DNA of 64,000 nt. Source: a virus. Its lineage: Duplodnaviria; Caudoviricetes. Under the pieces are notes generated by a model, which ran no database searches, was not told the origin of the DNA, and saw nothing but the letters and a program-made list of their open reading frames with translations. The position numbers and the translations under genes are program-made. How positions within the stretch are numbered: the first letter of the stretch is position 1; each line of letters starts with the position of its first letter. Below are positions 56,490 through 64,000 of the stretch, in pieces. Location: IMG/VR virus record IMGVR_UViG_3300017778_007091, positions 1 through 64,000 of that record; one strand, 5' to 3'.

Positions 56490-58432
56490 ACGTCGGCCTC
56501 GATTGATACTTTATTCTCACCTTTTGTCTCAGCAGTGACTATGACTTTCTTCACGCTTAAACCAATTACAATAGAAAAATTGGCTCTATTTAAGTCGACA
56601 ATTGAGTTAGAAATCATTTTAATATTGTTTGAATCACTAGCATCATAAATAGAAAAATTGACAACATCATCTAGATTTGTTGCTGACCATGAAATAATCT
56701 TGTCATCAATTCGGGTTTTAACGCTTAGAAACTGCATTTTAGGTGTGCTGTATGTAGGAGTTGCTAAAATAGTCTTAAATTTTCCAGTTCTGCCACTCTC
56801 AATTCCTGCTTGTGAGCTCGATAGTGACTTACCATATTTAAGAGTTCCAAAATACAACGCATTCCTGTTAAAGAATTTCTGTGTGAAGTTTTGCTTTTTT
56901 GCAAATGCTGTCAAGCCTAATGCTTTTGCGGCAGTCATCGGATCACCTAACGCTCCTGCGCCGCCTGTGGTGTAAAAATCTCTTGATGATGCAATATCTT
57001 CAATAATCTCTGCCGCGGGCTTAATAACAACTTCAAAAATAAAGACACAATTGACATCTTCTACGTAATTGACTTTGATCACACCTGTCTTAAACAGGCC
57101 TATGGCTTCTTCAACGCATGTTATTAGATTGATCTTACTCACAAGAATGCCAACAAGCGGATCTAATTGTGTTGAAAGATTTTTGATCTCATTTGGAAAG
57201 ATGTTGTCTATGTTCAGCGTCTTTAAATCATCTAATAACGATTGCGTTGAAGTCATTTTGTTATAATCAACTTGAACTTCAAATTTTCTTATTGACGATA
57301 AGTCACCTGGATCTTGTTCTACTTCTGAAACTCTTAAATTAATAGTCGTGTCCAGCAAAATAGGATTTAGGATGTAAGATGCTGCTGCAGTTTTTGTTGT
57401 CCCGTCCTTGAATTGAAGAGAAGCTTTGTACTCAAATGTGTCATATCTGGCCTTATCTGTGTCGGTCAGCGTTACACTTGTGTCTTGGATTGGTGACTGT
57501 GAAACTTGCTGGAAAGTCTTTTGAAGTTTAGTGACATTTCTTCGAAGCAACTTAATAAAGATCACACCCGACGGTATTGACACAATCTTAAATTTTGCAG
57601 TAGTTCCTGTGTGTTGTGTTGGATACAAGATACATTGATCGTTATAGATCAAATTTTCATTAAGCACAGTTGAAAGATACGCAGCGTTTGAGACGTTTTT
57701 ATAAAATGAGACAGGAGAAATTTTGATATTTTTCTTGAAGCCAATCGGGTTGAGAATGTCAAATCTTGCAACTCCGTCGTTGTCAACTACGGCTGATGAC
57801 GTCTTTGTGTTGGTGACTTTAAATCCCACATTATCAACAGCATCATTTGTCTGAATTAGAAATTTTGTAATTCTCTTGTCTTTCGGCGTTATTGCAACTC
57901 TAGTTTTATTTCTAAAGACTGGTGCCGTTCCAATTGAAAAATCTGTCTTAGGCATTGCATATGTGATTGCAATCGGGTCGCTGTTAAAATTGATGACTTG
58001 ACCAAAGATTGGAACGTTGCCGTTGATTTTTACTATCGAGGCAAAAAGATCCTGCGAGCCAGGATTCTTCATTTCAAAATCAACAAATCCTTTTTGAATA
58101 TCCTGTTTCTGGATTGGAACCTTGACAAGTGTTTGTATCTTTTTCCTAAAGAGCTTAGCACGTGTCAGATCGTATTTGCTGATTGTTTGTGCGAAATTCT
58201 CGCTACTGTTAATAGCGACATTCTTAAACATGTTTGGCCTGTTTTCGTAAGGTGAGTCTCTTGTGACTCTAATTTCGAAAACATCGCTTAGCGCAGCCTT
58301 TCTATCATTGACAATAATATTTGCACGGTACTTGAAATAGTATGAACCATCACTTTTTCTGTGATCATAAATGACGAAAGGATCACTTGAAAAAGTGATC
58401 GGGCTTACCTTTTGTACTACTATCTTGGCCAT
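56486..58432 (-). CDS. Hypothetical beta-rich protein, likely virion-associated
   Basis: 648 aa; Ig/FN3-like strand patterns; translationally coupled to neighbours. Confidence 0.55.
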   Translation of the reverse strand: MAKIVVQKVSPITFSSDPFVIYDHRKSDGSYYFKYRANIIVNDRKAALSDVFEIRVTRDSPYENRPNMFKNVAINSSENFAQTISKYDLTRAKLFRKKIQTLVKVPIQKQDIQKGFVDFEMKNPGSQDLFASIVKINGNVPIFGQVINFNSDPIAITYAMPKTDFSIGTAPVFRNKTRVAITPKDKRITKFLIQTNDAVDNVGFKVTNTKTSSAVVDNDGVARFDILNPIGFKKNIKISPVSFYKNVSNAAYLSTVLNENLIYNDQCILYPTQHTGTTAKFKIVSIPSGVIFIKLLRRNVTKLQKTFQQVSQSPIQDTSVTLTDTDKARYDTFEYKASLQFKDGTTKTAAASYILNPILLDTTINLRVSEVEQDPGDLSSIRKFEVQVDYNKMTSTQSLLDDLKTLNIDNIFPNEIKNLSTQLDPLVGILVSKINLITCVEEAIGLFKTGVIKVNYVEDVNCVFIFEVVIKPAAEIIEDIASSRDFYTTGGAGALGDPMTAAKALGLTAFAKKQNFTQKFFNRNALYFGTLKYGKSLSSSQAGIESGRTGKFKTILATPTYSTPKMQFLSVKTRIDDKIISWSATNLDDVVNFSIYDASDSNNIKMISNSIVDLNRANFSIVIGLSVKKVIVTAETKGENKVSIEADV

Positions 58433-58436
58433 CGAA

Positions 58437-59390
58437 TCACTCGATTACTAGTGTGAAGATATTGATAAAGTTTGTTGCGCCGTATGAATCAACAAAGTTT
58501 TTTCCCAAAAAGACGATACGTTTTGATACATTATTTTGATCACGATGGTCACCAAAGTCAACCATGTCAAGTTTTTTGAGATTTTCACCTATTTCAAAAG
58601 CCTGGATACAGATATCATTAGTCTGTGAAGTGTTAGTAAATCTAACTTCTTCATTTGGGCAAACAGGTTGGTCAGGAACTCTTCCAACAAGATCATTCAT
58701 GACATCTTTGTAGGTGTATTCTTCAACTTGCCTAACGTCTGTGTAATCGCCTAGAATGACATCACCGTCTTGCGTCTTTGCAATGGGCGGCATGAACATA
58801 AAGTTAACTGAGTTTGAGAATCGCTTGCTTGTAAAAACAGATGCTGCTTGATCGACTGTTGTGACAAGATCATCACCGACTATTGGTCCCCTATTGCCGT
58901 AATTGAATGTGATTGAATTTGTTGAAATGTCAAAAGTCTCAGAGTCATCAATAGGATCTCGTGATGCAATGATCATTTGCTTTCTAAAGTTTTGTGTGGT
59001 ATTTTTGATAATACCGTTGGCAAGAGCAGCATATTCAGGAGTGTAGGCATTAGGCAAGATGCTACCATCTGCCGTAATATTTCCACCGACTGCATAAACT
59101 CGATTTTCCTGGCCATTATATGACACAGACGTTGCCGCAAATGGGATTACTGCACCATTGTCATCTTTCTCAATTGTTATTTGATCAAAAGCTAGAGAAG
59201 TTGCCTCAAAATAAAGTCTATTGACAGCTTCATCAAAAGATCCTGAGACTGAAGATTTATCGTAGAATGTGCTATTGTCTGTAAATGAAGCATAAGCAAC
59301 CTTAAGGTCACCTGACCCTATTTGACGCTTTCCTTCTCGTGTAACAATCACGTCCATAATGCGTGATTTGTTGTCTAGTATTCCTGCCAT
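58437..59390 (-). CDS. Virion structural protein, paralogue of the 50848-51540 N-domain
   Basis: MAGILDNKSRIMDVIVTREGKRQIGSGDLKVAYASFTD; ATACTTA 5 nt before ATG. Confidence 0.55.
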   Translation of the reverse strand: MAGILDNKSRIMDVIVTREGKRQIGSGDLKVAYASFTDNSTFYDKSSVSGSFDEAVNRLYFEATSLAFDQITIEKDDNGAVIPFAATSVSYNGQENRVYAVGGNITADGSILPNAYTPEYAALANGIIKNTTQNFRKQMIIASRDPIDDSETFDISTNSITFNYGNRGPIVGDDLVTTVDQAASVFTSKRFSNSVNFMFMPPIAKTQDGDVILGDYTDVRQVEEYTYKDVMNDLVGRVPDQPVCPNEEVRFTNTSQTNDICIQAFEIGENLKKLDMVDFGDHRDQNNVSKRIVFLGKNFVDSYGATNFINIFTLVIE

Positions 59391-59410
59391 GTCTATAAGT
59401 ATTTTCCTTA

Positions 59411-61918
59411 TTAGCTGGTCGAAAGCAATGTTGAAGGCTTATCAAGAATGACAGTCTCAACTTCAAATGGGGGATTCGCTGTGAAGACAATCGGTGACCT
59501 GTTTCTAGCAACACCGTCATCAAAGTAAGGTAAAGATGCTGTGCTTTCTGTACTTAAGTTACAAATTCGTGTGCCTAAAGGATCAACAACGACTTCAGAT
59601 GATTGTGATGTATAGATCGAAACAACGGGAGATGAGTAGCTGCTTGATCCAAAAGTTTTAATAAAGTCAGGTATTGGGAAGTTTCTAGACTTATAAATCG
59701 TCTCTTTTCCTTTTGAGTCGATTCTTTGCTCAAGCATGTCTCTAAACTGGCCGTATCGATCATGTCTAAATGTTGCAACAAGATTTTTCGTAGTTAACTT
59801 CTTGAGCGCAGGAGTTAGTCCGATTGTGCTTAGTGTATTTACATCTAAAACAGCATTTTCATTACCAAAGCTAAAGTTTTGCATTGTTACAAACTTTTCT
59901 AATGCAAAATTGTCTCCTGCAAGTCCTGACGTTGCCGTATGAACTACTTGTCGAGGATTTGCCGGGTCTCCCATAGTTCCTGTTATGTAATTGTCAATAT
60001 AAGATCCTGAGTATGACAAGCGCTCGCTAATCTGTAGCTGGTCAACTATTACTTCATGGACATCTTCATGTATTGACTTTGATGTAAGATTCTGGTTAAG
60101 GTAGTCTAACTTTTCAATTCCATCCTTAAGAAGCGTTCCATAAAATATCACTCTTGCTTCTTTTTGACTATCTGCGCCATAAATTCCAAGTGCAGGCCCG
60201 ATGCCCTCGCTTATACTTGTGCTTCCGTAGCCTGGAGGAAGATTAGTACGAGACTGAGCGTTTAGAGCGCCCCGGCCAAGAGTTGTAAAGAATCCTGTAT
60301 CAATTCCAAAGATAATCTCATCTTCTGGAAGCAAAATATAAGGAGTTTCAACATAAGTTTCAGTTTCAGAAGTTACTTTATAGTAATAGCCAGGAACAGC
60401 AGAATTTTCAAAATACACACTGCCCTGCCTTACAGGGTTTATTTCTTCATCAATTTTAGGCCTTAAAATTGCTCGTGAGTCATATTGAAAATCTGTGTAG
60501 TCTATTTTCGCTTCAGGTGAAGCGTCAGCATCAGTCTTTATTAGGTAATTAATATCTCTTTCGGCGCGGGCAGTAGATTTATAATCCCACGTGCCTGTTC
60601 TGTCTATATTTTTAGTTCCTCCGGTCCAAAAATTTTGAACCCACGTATTGAAAAATTGACTTTTTCTTTCAATTGATGCCGCAGACACATTCGTAAACAT
60701 CCGCTTGTATTGCTTAGGCCTGAACGTTAGAGAAATATTCTTATTTAAGGCTTTTATCTGATTTGTATCTGTTCTTGACATGTTAAAATCAAATTCGCCA
60801 CCATTTTCATGTATCGGAACTGGATTGCCTGCGAGCTTAAGTGGAAGCGAATTTGCGTTATAGAAACAAAAAGATTGATTGCCAATTAACGATCTAAAAC
60901 TGCTAGAGACGTCTTGAATGCTGTCCTTAATACAGTTTGCACGATTTTGCCTGTACATAAAGAAAACATGATTATCAATATCACGCCCAAACCCTTCAGG
61001 AAATGAAGACGCACCCCAGTTTATTGCTGCACCCTGAACTCTAGTTGCAACAACAGAAAAATGAACTTCAACTCTTTCAAGAACGAACGGGTGTTGAATA
61101 TAGTCACTCAATCTTAAGCACTGGCTTGATGTTGCATGATATCTTGGAGTATTTGGTGCGCCATAGACAGATGTTGGATAACCGATTTTATCATAGCCAT
61201 TATTGTCCATTGTATCTGCAAAGTAAAGTGACCCTGACGAACTGATGCCTGGTGAATGTGAAAATTGCCTAAAGATATATTGCTGACCCGCTGCTATCTC
61301 AGCGCTAGCGCCGGCTTCAATAAACGATGAAGATAAATCCAGAACTGCGCCTGTTGCTGGATCTGTTACGCCAAGCTCATCCCATGTCTTGGTATTAAAA
61401 TTGTAATAATAGAAACCAGGATGTGGATTACCAGCGGTAAACTCAGTTCCAACGCGAGAAAGAGCGATAGATTCTTTAGGAGTAATGTCAATGTTTATTG
61501 CTATTTGTTCATTTGTCTTCGAAGTAAAACCTGGACATGATAGTTTTTCAAATCCAAAGTATGTGTCGCTTGATGTTGAAAAAAATGCGCTAGGATTTCT
61601 TGATTCATTAAACGGTTTAAACGTGTCTTCTTCGAATTTTGTCAAAAATTGTGATGCAGGTGAGGGTGTCTTGACTATGCTGATCGTTCCCGTTAAAAAC
61701 CCCGAGGCTTTTGCAAGAGACCCAGTGATGTTGTAGGGCATCAAGACGTTTTGATCAACAAATACCTGCGTTGTTGAATCATCAAACACACTTGGGTCGT
61801 TACCTAGCATTCTCTGGTCACTAGATCTTAAGATTGTCGGGTAAGCTCCTTGTCTATCATCATTAATCTGAAGCTGGACTTTAGGAGATATATTAAGGAT
61901 TCTTGCGCTTTTGCTCAT
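59411..61918 (-). CDS. Large hypothetical virion protein
   Basis: 835-aa ORF; C-terminal FRHDRYGQFRDMLEQR; within the structural block. Confidence 0.55.
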   Translation of the reverse strand: MSKSARILNISPKVQLQINDDRQGAYPTILRSSDQRMLGNDPSVFDDSTTQVFVDQNVLMPYNITGSLAKASGFLTGTISIVKTPSPASQFLTKFEEDTFKPFNESRNPSAFFSTSSDTYFGFEKLSCPGFTSKTNEQIAINIDITPKESIALSRVGTEFTAGNPHPGFYYYNFNTKTWDELGVTDPATGAVLDLSSSFIEAGASAEIAAGQQYIFRQFSHSPGISSSGSLYFADTMDNNGYDKIGYPTSVYGAPNTPRYHATSSQCLRLSDYIQHPFVLERVEVHFSVVATRVQGAAINWGASSFPEGFGRDIDNHVFFMYRQNRANCIKDSIQDVSSSFRSLIGNQSFCFYNANSLPLKLAGNPVPIHENGGEFDFNMSRTDTNQIKALNKNISLTFRPKQYKRMFTNVSAASIERKSQFFNTWVQNFWTGGTKNIDRTGTWDYKSTARAERDINYLIKTDADASPEAKIDYTDFQYDSRAILRPKIDEEINPVRQGSVYFENSAVPGYYYKVTSETETYVETPYILLPEDEIIFGIDTGFFTTLGRGALNAQSRTNLPPGYGSTSISEGIGPALGIYGADSQKEARVIFYGTLLKDGIEKLDYLNQNLTSKSIHEDVHEVIVDQLQISERLSYSGSYIDNYITGTMGDPANPRQVVHTATSGLAGDNFALEKFVTMQNFSFGNENAVLDVNTLSTIGLTPALKKLTTKNLVATFRHDRYGQFRDMLEQRIDSKGKETIYKSRNFPIPDFIKTFGSSSYSSPVVSIYTSQSSEVVVDPLGTRICNLSTESTASLPYFDDGVARNRSPIVFTANPPFEVETVILDKPSTLLSTS

Positions 61919-62634
61919 CTTAGAAAGCCGCCGTATGCAATAGAGTCTGTGACGTAAATCGAACCATAGTTGTCATATCCTGTTGAAGAAAGCTTGTCAC
62001 CAGGTCCAATGTAAGTATAGTCAATTTTCATTGAAAATTTATTGACAATATTGACATCTACAAAAGGTTCAAAGACTTTATCTTCACCTCTATAACCTTC
62101 AACAGCAACATTCAAGAATTGATCTGTCGCATCTAAAAAGTTAGATTGGTTGCTGTTGTTAATGTTGTAAAACCATCCGAGAGTTGTGAGAGATCCTCTT
62201 ATACCTCTTGCGTTAAAAGGCATCCCGGTCGGTAGTAATGATCTTTTTCCTGTATCGCTAAAGATTTCAATCTGCCCATCTTGTGCTGCTCTTCCAAAAA
62301 ATGGATCATCTTCCGACTGTACAAGACCTGCTGTGAGAATACCTGCTGCAGTCGCTGGGATGAGTTGATCTTCAAAGGGTTTAAACCCGTCAAGATTCAT
62401 TCCTTGACCAAAGTTTAGTTGCAGATTTTCGTGGTCAACTATCTCACTATCACCCGTTATGATGCCTTTTGAGCTCACATATGGAATATTAGACTGCAGA
62501 TAGTAACGTGTTAGATTGACTTCTACACCTTGACGATACTGGTCGAAATTAATCGTCGCGCTGCTTGGCGCAGTTGTTATAGGATTGATAGGGTTTTCTA
62601 TTAATCCTATTGATCTATCAATAAAAGGTTTCAT
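61915..62634 (-). CDS. Hypothetical protein (structural block)
   Basis: 239-aa ORF coupled to both neighbours. Confidence 0.6.
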   Translation of the reverse strand: MKPFIDRSIGLIENPINPITTAPSSATINFDQYRQGVEVNLTRYYLQSNIPYVSSKGIITGDSEIVDHENLQLNFGQGMNLDGFKPFEDQLIPATAAGILTAGLVQSEDDPFFGRAAQDGQIEIFSDTGKRSLLPTGMPFNARGIRGSLTTLGWFYNINNSNQSNFLDATDQFLNVAVEGYRGEDKVFEPFVDVNIVNKFSMKIDYTYIGPGDKLSSTGYDNYGSIYVTDSIAYGGFLR

Positions 62635-64000
62635 TAGTACCTCTTGAGAACTGCATTGAGGGCTGTGAGGTAAAGTGACATATTTGTCTGTGGACGCTCA
62701 TTCAAGAGATACATCCTGTCGACAGGATATCTGTATCTGTTTCTCTCAAGAACGTGAGATTCAATAACGTAATTAATGCCTAAGAATCGTGTTTTTCTTG
62801 GCAAGAGCTGTTCAATAAGCATCGTTAGAGAAGAGTCAAACCACTTAAAGAGTTCTAAGCAACGACGAGAGTCAACAGGACTTAGCAGCCTCTCAAAATA
62901 GACTTTTGAGAGTTTTTCAAGATCTGGGTAGATTTCATCATAGACAAGCGATGTCTGGCCGAGTGCATCATCAAGGAATTGAGTGTCACCAAGCAGACCA
63001 ATAATATCTTCATTTAGAGCTTTGTAAGGTGAATATTCTATTGAAAGCCTATTATCATCGTTAATTGCATACTCAGGGCCGAGCTCATAGACAGGTGCTG
63101 GAGCAGCAACATCATCTGTCATGCTGTAGTCTGAAAGACTTCTAACTCTTACCTTGTCATCCGTCTGGAGCAGGTCAATGTTAGGTGAAATCCTGTTTAT
63201 TTGAAATAGGTCATTCTTCAGAATAAGCTTATTATTTTCAAAACCTGAACCTGTTAGGTGTAGGTTATTTTGTGAGAAATCAAAGAGGACAAAGCCGCCT
63301 GTCACACTTGAACCTGTTGTACCTTGATCTGCAGTTGCATCGATTCGTAGTCGTTCAAATGTTCCTGTCGACTCTGTGTCAAAATTGAAGTTAAATCGTG
63401 GATCTTCGACGCCTCTTGACGCGTAATTTCTTAAATGTTCAAGAGACTCTGTTTCTGTCAAATCTTTAGACCAAAATCTGACTTGTGAAAATTGTCCATC
63501 AAATGTGGTCACAAGATCACTTCCGTAAGCATTCAAGAAGAGTGGTGATGCAGTGTCTAAACTCTGTGATCCGATCACTAAAAATGAACCCGACTTATTG
63601 TAATTAGCCGATATATTCTGGAATGCGTCATTGGCTGAGTTACCTGTTATAGTTTCAGAGAAATATGAGGCAGTCGTAAAGTAGCTGAATGATGTCTTAT
63701 CTTCGAGATAACCACAGCGTAAGAAATAAGATGAAGACAAACTTGATGTCAAGTCGCCTCTTGTTCTTCCTGCAGCTATGTACCACTTTTCGCCATTGAA
63801 GAGATTTATGTCATTAATTGTTAAATCAAGCCTGCTTGCTGCTGCTTCTGTACTGGGCCTCGTGTATAAGTGAAGATCTCCTAAATTTGTTTGCTCATCG
63901 TGTTTATAAACAACATTCAATAAGCAAGCTTGCGACGCAAGTGTTAGTGAAATTGATCCTGTTGACTGCAATCTTATGAGGCTCTGCTCGTTTCTATGTG
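62634..64000 (-). CDS. Baseplate wedge-type protein with LamG-like domain, 3' part; start lies outside the window
   Basis: Frame is open to position 64000 (HRNEQSLIRL precedes the track's TTG); KWYIAAGR and FSQVRFWSKDL LamG-like motifs; C-terminal LIEQLLP..T.FLG.NYVIESHVLERN. Confidence 0.55.
   Translation of the reverse strand, partial: HRNEQSLIRLQSTGSISLTLASQACLLNVVYKHDEQTNLGDLHLYTRPSTEAAASRLDLTINDINLFNGEKWYIAAGRTRGDLTSSLSSSYFLRCGYLEDKTSFSYFTTASYFSETITGNSANDAFQNISANYNKSGSFLVIGSQSLDTASPLFLNAYGSDLVTTFDGQFSQVRFWSKDLTETESLEHLRNYASRGVEDPRFNFNFDTESTGTFERLRIDATADQGTTGSSVTGGFVLFDFSQNNLHLTGSGFENNKLILKNDLFQINRISPNIDLLQTDDKVRVRSLSDYSMTDDVAAPAPVYELGPEYAINDDNRLSIEYSPYKALNEDIIGLLGDTQFLDDALGQTSLVYDEIYPDLEKLSKVYFERLLSPVDSRRCLELFKWFDSSLTMLIEQLLPRKTRFLGINYVIESHVLERNRYRYPVDRMYLLNERPQTNMSLYLTALNAVLKRY

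Noticed and set aside
94-62368. Numerous plus-strand ORFs of 60-175 aa
   Set aside because: All lie antisense to well-supported minus-strand genes and show no domain motifs or independent expression signals
1-64000. Stop-codon reassignment (alternative genetic code)
   Set aside because: Conserved genes are full length under code 11, coding density is near complete, and TAA, TGA and TAG all end genes at expected positions
1-64000. CRISPR arrays, tRNAs, DGR (RT/TR/VR), IS elements
   Set aside because: Intergenic gaps are at most about 200 bp and hold only promoters and terminators; no repeat-spacer pattern, cloverleaf, reverse transcriptase or transposase seen by eye. Short dispersed repeats could have been missed.

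Overview
A 64-kb segment of a large, T4-like contractile-tailed (myovirus or jumbo-type) phage genome. Every credible gene is on the minus strand, densely packed, and uses the standard genetic code. In transcription order (64000 to 1) it encodes: a baseplate/LamG/FN3 structural block; RuvC-like resolvase, primase and a single-chain SbcD-SbcC (Mre11-Rad50) fusion; large terminase, portal, prohead protease, small head-associated proteins, scaffold and major capsid protein; a Pol-beta-type nucleotidyltransferase; neck and tail-completion proteins; two tail sheaths, tail tube, a chaperone pair, tape measure and baseplate hub; a minimal family-A polymerase, a degenerate HD protein, gp32-like SSB, RecA/UvsX, a flap endonuclease, DnaB-like helicase and a class II ribonucleotide reductase. 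The reductase runs off the left edge and was missed by the ORF track. The strongest leads are a late-promoter-driven nucleotidyltransferase with a putative capsid-targeting, protease-cleavable N-terminus; a candidate +1/-2 frameshift on UUU-UUU-UGG in the tail chaperone; two promoter classes with recurrent leaderless geometry; an RBS-sequestering leader; twin sheaths; and a mini-PolA paired with a pseudo-HD protein. No database searches were run. Family assignments come from motifs recognised by eye, so novelty claims are unverified.
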